A DNA stretch of 64,000 nucleotides from NCBI GenBank assembly GCA_964371675.1, contig CAYJNL010000005.1, positions 45,215-109,214 on the forward strand, written 5' to 3'. The notes beneath the pieces were generated by a model. The model ran no database searches, was not told where the DNA came from, and saw only the letters and a program-made list of their open reading frames with translations. Made by a program: the position numbers and the translations under genes. Shown in pieces: positions 1 to 9,073 of this stretch. The stretch is from an uncultured Bacteroides sp. Lineage in GTDB: Bacteria > Bacillota > Clostridia > Oscillospirales > Ruminococcaceae. Every line of letters starts with the position of its first letter. Position 1 is the stretch's first letter.

Positions 1-41
1 TTTAAATTAAAAAATATTAGCTTATAGGTTAAATATCAATA

Positions 42-81
42 GTTAGCACACATTGTTATATTATTAACAATGTGTGCTAAC
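42..81. other. Perfect 17-bp stem / 6-nt loop palindrome (GTTAGCACACATTGTTA tattat TAACAATGTGTGCTAAC)
   Basis: 42-58 pairs with 65-81 without mismatch. No flanking T-run, so it is either the terminator of a gene left of the window or a protein-binding palindrome. Confidence 0.6.
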
Positions 82-405
82 AAAATATAATATGTAATTT
101 CTTATTAACTAAATATAACTATAATATGATAATTTATGATAATGTAAGCTATTAAAATTTATAAGTTATTACTTTAATAAATTAGCAGTACATATAATGG
201 TTGTCTTACTTGAAAATCGGATTATTAAAAAATACTTGATATTTGTTTAATCAGTTTGTACTAATATTGGTTGAGCTGTAAAATTTATTTAATCATAGTT
301 GTATTTATATTAGCATTAGTATTATGAATTAGATTTATTCTGTTTTAGATATAGTATCTATTTGTTTTCGTGGTGTTACTTTAATATTCATTATTTGTTT
401 CTTTT

Positions 406-452
406 AAATTCTGTACGGATTATTTACAACTTATTTTGTGGCGGTATTGCGC
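406..452 (+). repeat. Family A intergenic repeat, copy A1
   Basis: aaattCTGTACGGATTATTTacaacttattttgtGGCGGTattgcgc aligns by eye with the copies at 1758, 3456, 6467 and 44655(-). Confidence 0.7.
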
Positions 453-555
453 TTAGAAATAATTATAAATGTATTTAAAGTAAAATAAATATAAGTATCC
501 TTACTGGTAGATATATATTATTAAAGAGAATAAAAATATAGTTATAGCCTCCCCT

Positions 556-587
556 CTATTTCGCTAAATTTTTATTTAGCGAAATAG
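556..587. other. Perfect 14-bp hairpin CTATTTCGCTAAAT tttt ATTTAGCGAAATAG
   Basis: Read directly. An outer GTTATAG/CTATAAC pairing (541-547 / 590-596) extends it. It lies in the gene-free AT-rich leader upstream of the recombinase gene. Confidence 0.6.
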
Positions 588-709
588 CTACTATAACATA
601 ATCTTATAATAACTTTCCCTTTCAGAATTGTTTTAAAAAACAAACAATTAAAGTGCTTTTAATTTACAGATAATTTATTAAATTAATAAAAATATGAATT
701 GAGTTTTAA

Positions 710-1738
710 ATGAGTACATATATTGATTCAAGAAATCCAAAAAAAAATAGTGACTTTTCAGATTGCCCTGAACTTGTACAAATGTATCTGCGTGATATGC
801 AAACAATACGTGGGCTTTCAGAAAGGACTGTTAACGGCTACTATATTGACTTGCGTGTGTTTTTTAAATACATGAAAAAATTACACGGTATCTCCCCTGC
901 TGATGACTTTAATGATATTATTATTAGTGATTTAAACCTTGACTTTATAAAGAAAATTACAACTAATGATATTTATGAATTTTTACATTTTGTAACAAGT
1001 CAACGAGACAACAACCCGGCAGCTCGTGCGCGAAAACTATCGGGAATTAAGGGCTTTTTTAAATACTTGTGCAATAAGCGTAAATTAATTGAAGTTAACC
1101 CAACAGACGATATTGATTCTCCTGCACAAAAAAAGCGCCTACCTAAATATTTAAGCCTAAATGACAGCATGAAACTACTACAAAATATTGATTCAGACTT
1201 TTATGAACGTGATTTTTGCATAATTATGCTGTTTTTAAACTGTGGCATGCGCCTTAGTGAGCTTATAAACATAAACCTTAAAGACGTAAGGCACGATGAA
1301 AAAACAGTAAGAATAATTGGAAAAGGCAACAAAGAGCGCAAGGTTTACTTGAATTCTGCATGTATTGAAAGCATTAATATATTAATTACAGAACGTGCGA
1401 AAATGGCGAATTTACAAGATGAAAAAGCTCTTTTTGTATCAAAAAGAACAGGAAAGCGGCTTTCAGCAAGGCGCGTGCAACAAATTGTGGAAAAATGCTT
1501 AAATAATGCCGGTTTGAGCGGCCAAGGTTATTCTCCACATAAATTGCGCCACACTGCTGCAACTATGATGTACCAAGAGGGCAATGTTGACATGCTTGCA
1601 CTAAAAGAAATTCTCGGGCACGCTCATGTTTCCACAACTGAAATTTATACACATTTAAGCACACAGCACCTCAAAGATGCCGCAGATGCGTCACCTTTTG
1701 CTAAAGTTAAAGCTAAAAATGACGATAAGCCCAAATAA
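710..1738 (+). CDS. Tyrosine site-specific recombinase, XerC/XerD-like family
   Basis: 342-aa ORF. C-terminal catalytic signature is visible (HKLRHTAAT ... LGHAHVSTTEIYTH), with an N-terminal core-binding-type segment (RTVNGYYIDLRVFFKYM). Confidence 0.9.
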   Translation: MSTYIDSRNPKKNSDFSDCPELVQMYLRDMQTIRGLSERTVNGYYIDLRVFFKYMKKLHGISPADDFNDIIISDLNLDFIKKITTNDIYEFLHFVTSQRDNNPAARARKLSGIKGFFKYLCNKRKLIEVNPTDDIDSPAQKKRLPKYLSLNDSMKLLQNIDSDFYERDFCIIMLFLNCGMRLSELININLKDVRHDEKTVRIIGKGNKERKVYLNSACIESINILITERAKMANLQDEKALFVSKRTGKRLSARRVQQIVEKCLNNAGLSGQGYSPHKLRHTAATMMYQEGNVDMLALKEILGHAHVSTTEIYTHLSTQHLKDAADASPFAKVKAKNDDKPK

Positions 1739-1757
1739 CTAAAACATAAATAAACCT

Positions 1758-1810
1758 AAGATCCTGTACGGATTAATTGTTGGCATATTTCGGCGGTTTC
1801 CATGCGAGCG
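1758..1810 (+). repeat. Family A intergenic repeat, copy A2
   Basis: agatcCTGTACGGATTAATTgttggcatatttCGGCGGTttccatgcg has the same core and orientation as A1. Confidence 0.65.
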
Positions 1811-1861
1811 ATGAGCCGAAAACCATAAAATAAAGCATGGTGTATTACTCGTAAAAAAAAC

Positions 1862-1910
1862 AAATAACCATGTGTAGTACACCAACTAGTTGCACTACAC
1901 ATGGTTATTT
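1862..1910. terminator. Bidirectional Rho-independent terminator between convergent genes
   Basis: 17-bp perfect stem AAATAACCATGTGTAGT / ACTACACATGGTTATTT with a 15-nt loop. An A-run precedes it and a T-run follows it. Confidence 0.8.
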
Positions 1911-1927
1911 TTCATTTAAACTATAAC

Positions 1928-3238
1928 TTAACCGTAATATTCATTGATTAATTCGCGAGTCATTTTAGACCACTCCAAAACTTTTTGCCTTGGGTGTTTC
2001 TTAAGTGTACCACCTATGTTTAAAATGATTTCAGCAATACAATCATGTTTTTTCACAGCTTCAAGTACACTTCTAATTTCTTTTTCTGCAGCTGCTTTGT
2101 CCCAGTTGTCATACATAAAGTGCACACCTGCTGCGCGGTAGCTGTAAACGTATTTTTGCCCAATATTTTTTGCGGCAAGTTCATGGTCGCACCACTCACT
2201 TACTGAAACTTTTCTTACATTGGCAATTTTGTCGCAGAGGTCAATTTTTTTATCTAGCACTTCACAGCAACCCATGTTTGAGTATGCAAATTTATTGAGA
2301 ATATCTTTTTCATATTGTGTGTCAAACTCATCGTGCATGTCGTTAGAAACGCATGTGAAAAGCTCTGCTGTTGTATTGCCCCAGCAATCTTTTAATGGTA
2401 TGCTGTATTCAAACGGGTCATCAACACTTCTAAAATCAGGCATACCCTCTATGTAACGTAAACCTGCAGAGCCAAGTGCATATGATAAGTCAAGTGTGCC
2501 GTAAATTCCTGCATTAACGTATGCCTCATAGCGTTGCAACAAGTTTTTTTGTACACGTTTTAGCGCATCGTGCATCATTTCGGGTTCATCATACATATCC
2601 ATATATGAGTTCTCAAGCCCTCTAAACCATGAGTATTCATCGGCAACCCTAGCGGCAAAGCTTATAGGTTGTTTTATAACTTTTAAAATAGGCTGGAAAA
2701 TTTCACAAGCCTCGTCGTAATATTCTCTTGATTTCTCTTTATCATATGTTAAAACAGGGTGAGTAATTTTTTTTACGTCATCTTCATCATGTATAACACA
2801 CACAATCTCGTAGGCATCGCCCTCTTTTGCTGCAAGCTCTTTACCCGTGCTTAGCTGAAACTCTTCCTCACCTGCACCGGCATGGCTAACAACACTATCA
2901 AGGTCGTTAAACTTTTTCATATCATTAACAACACGTGAATAAACAACAGGCTCTAGTACGTTGTCATCACCAAGTTCTTGTGTGTAAAAAAGTTTGCTTT
3001 TAAAATAAGTCTCAAACTCACGCCCAACATCACTTGTGCATGTGTAAGAATCAGCTGGGAAAATCTCGCTCATTGCAAGTGGCCAGTAGTGGTTCGTAAA
3101 AACAGGTGTTGTGCCTTTTTTTAGCCCGTTAATGTCATACCAGTGCCTGCGTTTTGCATCATTTTCAGGTGTGTTACAAGCCTCTAAGTATGTTTTTGCA
3201 AGATCTTGTAAGTATTGTTTTTCTTTTGAACTTATCAT
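1928..3238 (-). CDS. Hypothetical protein (436 aa), function not recognised
   Basis: Long uninterrupted ORF. The C-terminal half (GCCEVLDKKIDL..NVRKVSVSEW) is only weakly reminiscent of URO-D/MtaA-like TIM-barrel proteins. No catalytic motif is named with certainty. Confidence 0.75.
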   Translation of the reverse strand: MISSKEKQYLQDLAKTYLEACNTPENDAKRRHWYDINGLKKGTTPVFTNHYWPLAMSEIFPADSYTCTSDVGREFETYFKSKLFYTQELGDDNVLEPVVYSRVVNDMKKFNDLDSVVSHAGAGEEEFQLSTGKELAAKEGDAYEIVCVIHDEDDVKKITHPVLTYDKEKSREYYDEACEIFQPILKVIKQPISFAARVADEYSWFRGLENSYMDMYDEPEMMHDALKRVQKNLLQRYEAYVNAGIYGTLDLSYALGSAGLRYIEGMPDFRSVDDPFEYSIPLKDCWGNTTAELFTCVSNDMHDEFDTQYEKDILNKFAYSNMGCCEVLDKKIDLCDKIANVRKVSVSEWCDHELAAKNIGQKYVYSYRAAGVHFMYDNWDKAAAEKEIRSVLEAVKKHDCIAEIILNIGGTLKKHPRQKVLEWSKMTRELINEYYG

Positions 3239-3455
3239 TATTGCAGTTGCTCCTTATAAAGTTATTTGAAAAAAAAATTTAATTATATCTGTTTTGCTAA
3301 GTTGATAAATATGTTTCAAAATAATTATAATACAATAAAATTTTATATTCAATAATATTATTAAACTCACAAAAAAACCACAAAAAATAGTAAAAATATA
3401 TATTAATTTGCTAAGGGTTAAAATGATGGTATATTAAAAATATATAAATAACTTT

Positions 3456-3516
3456 AAAATTCCATACGGGTTATTTAAAACTATTTTATAACTGTGCTAT
3501 GCACATGAGGGTTAAT
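3456..3516 (+). repeat. Family A intergenic repeat, copy A3
   Basis: aaaattCCATACGGGTTATTTaaaactattttataactGTGCTATGCACATGAGGGTTaat. Confidence 0.7.
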
Positions 3517-3561
3517 ACTTTACTTTGCACAATATAAATACCCATAACATATAATCTATAA

Positions 3562-4224
3562 TTACAGCTCTTTTTTACTATAAATATATTTAGACAACAA
3601 ATATGAACATATGAACAAAACAATACTTACTATAATGTAGCCTACTCTAAAAACTAAATTGCCATCTGCAATTGGTATAGGCATAGGAATTAGTGCAAAC
3701 AATGCGCCACTTCCGGCAAACAGTGCTAAACTTAAACCTATCGAGATAAAAAGAATTACTTCGTTTTTGTCAGCGCCGAATATTAAGCACAGAGGCGCCA
3801 TAAATGCCGGTAAATTAAGTGCAAAGCCGGCACCGAATGCAAAGCCGTAACCTACTCTCTCAAGTGGCAGAGTGCCTGTTGTAATATATAATGCCAGTGT
3901 AGACAAAACAGCCATTACAAAACCTATAAGCGCATAAAGCATATACGAAATATAGCGCGCTTTAATTACAGTTGTTCTGCTTATAGGCAAAGTAAGCTCA
4001 AACTTGCTCCATTTTGATGCAGCATCTTTTTGCATTGCAGTGCCGCTCAGTGCACCAAACCCACCAAATTGGCTTGTTATAAGAGCCGACACAATAAACT
4101 GAATGTTTTGTGGGTACAAAATGCCACCCACAACAACAGTTATTATTACGACAATTGAAAATATTGTCATACCAATTAAACTGGAATATACCATAAAAAA
4201 GTTATTTCTAATTAAACCTTTCAA
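3562..4224 (-). CDS. ABC-2 type transporter permease
   Basis: 220 aa with multiple hydrophobic helices. It starts 1 nt after the stop of the ABC ATPase gene. Confidence 0.8.
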   Translation of the reverse strand: MKGLIRNNFFMVYSSLIGMTIFSIVVIITVVVGGILYPQNIQFIVSALITSQFGGFGALSGTAMQKDAASKWSKFELTLPISRTTVIKARYISYMLYALIGFVMAVLSTLALYITTGTLPLERVGYGFAFGAGFALNLPAFMAPLCLIFGADKNEVILFISIGLSLALFAGSGALFALIPMPIPIADGNLVFRVGYIIVSIVLFICSYLLSKYIYSKKEL

Positions 4225-4225
4225 T

Positions 4226-5089
4226 TTAACATACCTCCTTTGTAATTAATGGTAATATCTCATCAACGCTTGAATTATCAACAATTATATTAGGGTGATT
4301 TCTTAAAAACTCTTTCTTATCATCCACAAGCACCTCAAGCTGTAAACCTCTTTGTCTGTATGCTAAATATTCTGATTTTTCAAGCTTATCAAAATCTGTT
4401 TGTTTCATGCGTGCAATGCCATAATTATAAATAAGTTTGTCCTTTTGTTCAGTAAGAATTATTTTACCATCATCAATAAACGCAATGTAATCGGCAATTT
4501 TCTCAAGATCCCTTGATATATGAGAAGATATAAATACAGAGTTATTCTCGTCTTCAACAAATTCTAAAAAAACATCTAGCATTTCTTCTCTAACAACGGG
4601 GTCAAGGCCTGCTGTTGCCTCGTCTAAAATTAACAGTTTTGCATTGTGAGAAAGTGCTACGGAAATTGATAATTTCATTGTCATACCGCGAGAAAATGTT
4701 TTTATCTTTTTGTTTTCAGGCAATTTAAATCTACTTAAATAATCATAAAATTTATCTTTTTGCCAGTTTTTATATATTTCTGAAAGCACTTTTTCAAGTT
4801 TTTTCGGTGTAAGTTCACCAGAAAAATTAAGATTATCAAACACCACACCTATATCATTTCTCACATTAGCATCTTTGTCACTCATTTTTTTACCAAAAAA
4901 CTTTACTAGCCCACTATCTTTGCTAGTTAGGTTTAAAATAGTGTTTATTGTTGTGCTTTTTCCTGCACCGTTTTTGCCCACAAACCCCATAATTGAACCT
5001 TTGGGGATTGAAAAAGACACATCTTGTAATTTGAAATCTGCATCTTTATAAGTTTTGCACAGGTTTTCAACTTGTAAAACAAAATCCAT
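4226..5089 (-). CDS. ABC transporter ATP-binding protein
   Basis: Walker A GKNGAGKST and Walker B LLILDEATAGLD. Start moved to the ATG at 5089 (MDFVLQVENL), which has GGAGG about 9 nt upstream. The track start at 5161 has no RBS. Confidence 0.9.
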   Translation of the reverse strand: MDFVLQVENLCKTYKDADFKLQDVSFSIPKGSIMGFVGKNGAGKSTTINTILNLTSKDSGLVKFFGKKMSDKDANVRNDIGVVFDNLNFSGELTPKKLEKVLSEIYKNWQKDKFYDYLSRFKLPENKKIKTFSRGMTMKLSISVALSHNAKLLILDEATAGLDPVVREEMLDVFLEFVEDENNSVFISSHISRDLEKIADYIAFIDDGKIILTEQKDKLIYNYGIARMKQTDFDKLEKSEYLAYRQRGLQLEVLVDDKKEFLRNHPNIIVDNSSVDEILPLITKEVC

Positions 5090-5942
5090 TTTTATTTTCC
5101 TCCTTAAAGAAATTACTAATATCATCAATAATCGACTTGTCAAAAACTTCAACTTTACCATCTACTGTTTCGGCAGTTATATTTATTATATTATTAAAAT
5201 TATTGGACAGCTCAAAAAAATCATCAATATTTCCGCCTGCATACTTATAATACAAGTTGTATCCATTTAATTCATCAACAAAAACTGTGCAATCTCCGCT
5301 AACACTTTCAAAGTTAATTTCATTTGTTGTTGCATTTGCAAACAACGAAACATCACTACTTACAGTATGGGCAGTTATATTTTGAATTGCTTTGTAAATA
5401 TTTATATCACCACTTACGGAGTTAATCGTAAAGTTTTTGCATGAAGTATAAAGGTTTAATTCTCCCACAGCCATATCAATATCAACATCATTTGCAGTGC
5501 TGACTTTTAAAAGAACATCACCACTTGAGTTTGAAATATCGTAATTTAATTCCAAATTTTTCGGTAATTCAAGAGTAATTTCGCCTGTTGCAGCTGCATT
5601 AAATCCAATAACATCACCCTGTTTAAAATAAAGCGTATTGCCATTTATCCAGGCTTTTGGCTGAGTAACAAAGCCGATTCCTGTATTTTTAACTGTGCTT
5701 GTAATGGTTACTTCATCGACATTACTTTCAATTATAGATACAAAAACATCGTTTACATCCATTTTAACTGTTTGTATATTTGAAAATGATAAACTTTGCT
5801 CACTTTCAAATGATTTTGTATCAGTAAATAAGTGAGCTAGAGACAAAGATGCGTTAAAATTAATAATACAAAAAATTGTAATAAAGAGAAGTACGGATAT
5901 TACTAGTATTATATAAGTAAACAAAAGATTATTTTTCTTCAT
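5067..5942 (-). CDS. DUF4097-like membrane-anchored protein (putative adhesin-fold)
   Basis: N-terminal TM anchor followed by repeated beta-rich SGDV/SGDI/SGDC segments. It sits in a GntR-DUF4097-ABC operon layout and ends with TGA. Confidence 0.7.
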   Translation of the reverse strand: MKKNNLLFTYIILVISVLLFITIFCIINFNASLSLAHLFTDTKSFESEQSLSFSNIQTVKMDVNDVFVSIIESNVDEVTITSTVKNTGIGFVTQPKAWINGNTLYFKQGDVIGFNAAATGEITLELPKNLELNYDISNSSGDVLLKVSTANDVDIDMAVGELNLYTSCKNFTINSVSGDINIYKAIQNITAHTVSSDVSLFANATTNEINFESVSGDCTVFVDELNGYNLYYKYAGGNIDDFFELSNNFNNIINITAETVDGKVEVFDKSIIDDISNFFKEENKNGFCFTS

Positions 5943-5943
5943 T

Positions 5944-6324
5944 TCAACCTCCTGCGTCCATAAAAAAAATTGTAATTAGCTCCGTTAATGTTTCTAATTT
6001 TATGCCACTTGTTTTTGCAATATCAACAGCATTGTACAAGTGTTCTTCTATAATTTTTTGCTGTTCCTCTTGAATAAAATCTTTGTTTTGTGCTGCAACA
6101 AAACTCCCTCTACCAACAGTTGTCTCAATAAAACCATCTCTTGTTAAATCTTCATAGGCTTTTTGCACTGTTATTACGCTCACGTGTATTGTCTTTGCAA
6201 GCGAGCGCATAGAAGGGATAGCATCGCCCGTTTGTAGCTCTCCGCTCATTATCATTGCTTTTATTTGTGAGGTTATCTGCTCGTATATAGGCTTACTTGT
6301 GTTACTGCTAATTATAATTTCCAC
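5944..6324 (-). CDS. GntR family (YtrA-like) transcriptional regulator
   Basis: Winged-helix signature PIYEQI...GD.IPSMRSLA...VSVITVQKAYEDL. In-frame GTG at 6324 lies 6 nt downstream of GGAGG (6331-6335). The track ATG at 6360 lacks an RBS. Confidence 0.85.
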   Translation of the reverse strand: MEIIISSNTSKPIYEQITSQIKAMIMSGELQTGDAIPSMRSLAKTIHVSVITVQKAYEDLTRDGFIETTVGRGSFVAAQNKDFIQEEQQKIIEEHLYNAVDIAKTSGIKLETLTELITIFFMDAGG

Positions 6325-6466
6325 ATATTGCCTCCTTAATAATATTATGTGTTTTCGCATACTTATATGTACTTATTGAACAAGTACATTATAGCAACAT
6401 AAATACTATTTGTCAATACTAAGTTTTATTATATTTTACATAAGAGCTTATATTTTGTAACTATTA

Positions 6467-6530
6467 TAAATACTGTACGGATTATTTATAGTTTATTTAT
6501 GGGGTGGCACGGCTACATGAGGGTTTATAT
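6467..6530 (+). repeat. Family A intergenic repeat, copy A4
   Basis: aaataCTGTACGGATTATTTatagtttatttatGGGGTGGCACGGCTACATGAGGGTTtatat. Confidence 0.7.
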
Positions 6531-6550
6531 TAGCTTATGCTAACATAAAC

Positions 6551-6583
6551 AAGGCTTAGCGAAAATAATTTTCGCTAAGCCTT
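6551..6583 (-). terminator. Perfect palindrome downstream of glmS (putative terminator)
   Basis: AAGGCTTAGCGAAAAT a ATTTTCGCTAAGCCTT lies 22 nt after the glmS stop. The U-tract on the minus strand is weak (GTTTATGTT). Confidence 0.55.
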
Positions 6584-6604
6584 TAAATATAAATATTTAC
6601 ACTA

Positions 6605-8428
6605 TTACTCTACAGTAACAGATTTTGCTAAATTGCGTGGCTTATCAACATCACAGCCTTTTAAACAAGCTGTGTGATAAGCAAGCAGTTGCAAAGGAAT
6701 TATTGTGTGTAGTGGCCCAAACATTTTATGTTTACACTCCACTTCAATTTTAAGCTCATAAGCATCTTGCGGTACAGAAATACCTTTTAATGCAATAACA
6801 GTTATTTTTCCACCTCTTGCCTTTATCTCTCGCATGTTGCTAATTGTCTTTGGTGCGAGTTTTTCATCTGTAATAAGTGCAATAATTGGTGTGTTTTCTG
6901 TAATTAGTGATATTGTACCGTGTTTTAGCTCACCTGCGGCATATGCCTCACAGTGTATGTATGATATCTCTTTAAGTTTAAGTGCGCCCTCTAATGACAG
7001 CACAGAGTCTCTGCCCCTACCAATATAAAACATGCTGTTAGCATTTAAAAATGTCTTTGATATTTCAAGGCAAATTTCATTAGTATCAAATGCACTTTTT
7101 AATGATTTCACACTCTCTAACAAATTTTTTGTGTAATCTTTTGCTTCATCTTCACTTATCACATTTTTTTCAAGTGCTGTTTTTATTGCAAACAAGTAGA
7201 AAGTTGCCACCTGCACGGAGAAAGCCTTTGTGCTTGCAACAGCAATTTCAGGGCCTGCATATGTGTATATTACATAGTCTGCCTCTAATGCTATTGCAGA
7301 ACCCGCTACGTTAACTATGGCTAGTGTTGGTATGTTGTTTTCTTTTGCAAGCATAAGTGCTGCCAGTGTGTCTGCTGTCTCCCCCGACTGTGAGATAAGC
7401 ACAACAAGGTCATCTTTATTTAAAACAGGTGGTATGTATCTAAATTCAGATGCAACATTAGCAGTTACGTTTATATTTGCAAGTTCACGCACAATTTGCC
7501 CACCTATTGTGCCTGCATAGTAAGCGGTACCGCAAGCAACAACGTGTATGTGGTTAAATGATTTGAAAAATTCATCGTTTATATTGTCGCGTTTAAAATC
7601 AGGCAAACTGTCGCTGTTAATTCTTGGGTTAAGTGTGCTCAATAATGCTTTAGGCTGTTCATTCATCTCTTTAAGCATAAAATGCTCATAGCCGCCTTTT
7701 TCAGCTTGTTCAAATGTTAAGTTTGAAGTTTTAATCTCTTTTTGAATCTCATTACAATCCATATCAAAAAACTTTTCGCCCTTTGATTGGCTTAGGTGTG
7801 CAATTTCTCCAGGCTCAATGCTGTAATATTTGTTTGTAAACTCAAGCACAGCAGGCATGTCAGAGGCAATAAAAAGCCCTTCGTCTGATTTGGTAACTAC
7901 TAGTGGGCTACCTTTTCTTGTTGCGAAAATTTCATTTTCAAAGTCTTTAAAAATTATAGCAAAAGCATAAGCGCCCTCAAGCATTTTTAGTGTGTCTGTT
8001 ACTGCTTTAATAGGGTTTCCGGTATAATTATAATCAAAAAGTTTTGCTGCAATTTCAGTATCTGTCTGTGATACAAATTCATAACCTTTATCAATTAAAA
8101 ACTCTTTAATTTCTAAATAGTTTTCAATAATACCGTTATGTACAAGGCTTAATTTTTCTGTTGAATGAGGGTGCGCGTTCACGTCAGACGGCACACCGTG
8201 TGTTGCCCAGCGTGTATGCCCAATGCCACAAGTTGCACTTTTAGCAACATCTTCAACCTTGTTTTCAAGATTTGCAATTCTTCCAAGTGTCTTGTAAGTT
8301 AAAATTTCACTGTTTTCAAATACAGATATACCTGCTGAATCATACCCACGATATTCAAGCCTGCGAAGCCCTGCAAGTAGTTTTTCTTTTGCTGTTTGTG
8401 TACCTGTGTACCCAACTATTCCACACAT
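6605..8428 (-). CDS. glmS: Glutamine--fructose-6-phosphate aminotransferase
   Basis: N-terminal MCGIVGY nucleophile, two SIS-type domains, C-terminal ...AKSVTVE; 607 aa. Confidence 0.97.
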   Translation of the reverse strand: MCGIVGYTGTQTAKEKLLAGLRRLEYRGYDSAGISVFENSEILTYKTLGRIANLENKVEDVAKSATCGIGHTRWATHGVPSDVNAHPHSTEKLSLVHNGIIENYLEIKEFLIDKGYEFVSQTDTEIAAKLFDYNYTGNPIKAVTDTLKMLEGAYAFAIIFKDFENEIFATRKGSPLVVTKSDEGLFIASDMPAVLEFTNKYYSIEPGEIAHLSQSKGEKFFDMDCNEIQKEIKTSNLTFEQAEKGGYEHFMLKEMNEQPKALLSTLNPRINSDSLPDFKRDNINDEFFKSFNHIHVVACGTAYYAGTIGGQIVRELANINVTANVASEFRYIPPVLNKDDLVVLISQSGETADTLAALMLAKENNIPTLAIVNVAGSAIALEADYVIYTYAGPEIAVASTKAFSVQVATFYLFAIKTALEKNVISEDEAKDYTKNLLESVKSLKSAFDTNEICLEISKTFLNANSMFYIGRGRDSVLSLEGALKLKEISYIHCEAYAAGELKHGTISLITENTPIIALITDEKLAPKTISNMREIKARGGKITVIALKGISVPQDAYELKIEVECKHKMFGPLHTIIPLQLLAYHTACLKGCDVDKPRNLAKSVTVE

Positions 8429-8557
8429 TGTAATTCTCCGTTCTTATAGTTATTTGCATTTTATGCGTAAAGTTATTTTATCACCAAACTGTTTTATTAC
8501 ATAATAACGTTTTATTCTGTGTACTTGTATTGATAGCTTATTATTTTATAGGTCTTA

Positions 8558-8587
8558 ATTATATCATAATTTTTTATACTAAGTCAA
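8558..8587 (-). promoter_or_regulatory. Sigma-A type promoter candidate for glmS
   Basis: On the minus strand: TTGACT, 18-nt spacer, TATAAT. It leaves an AT-rich leader of about 125 nt. Confidence 0.55.
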
Positions 8588-9073
8588 TGTAACACTACAT
8601 AAAAAATCCATTTTATTACATAATATGAAACTACATACAAATTAATTCGGTTTCGGTGTACAATTTTTGTTGTAAATTATTGTAAAAAATTATATAGTTA
8701 ACTTAAATCTAATTTGTCAGAGGAAAATACTTTAGGGTTCCGCCTTAAAAACCTGAATTTTTTAAAAAATTTAGTAAAACTTTTAATTTTCGTTATAATG
8801 ACAAAACGCTATATCTTTTTTTGACAAACTGAAAACACCCACAGTTAATAAAACTAAATGTGGGCGTTTCTCTTTAAATAATGTTAAATTTTCATTTAAT
8901 TTAATTACTGCCTTAGATGTGGATGTGTGTAAAAATAAAAAACAATAACAAGTGCATTAAAATTATCTGTAATTTCGTTAGTTATATTTTTTTCAATCGG
9001 TGCTACTTTAGCTTCGTGTACAATCTAATTGCATTAAATATTTTGGGTGCAAATATTTTTTGTGCTACATTTG

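Noticed and set aside
406-6530. Classical integron (intI + attI + attC cassettes)
   Set aside because: The repeats lack paired R-box/L-box attC architecture (no GTTRRRY / RYYYAAC ends). The modules converge on the recombinase rather than diverge from its 5' end. One module is a four-gene operon, and the same repeat also occurs far from any recombinase. It is retained only as a 'cassette-like' hypothesis.
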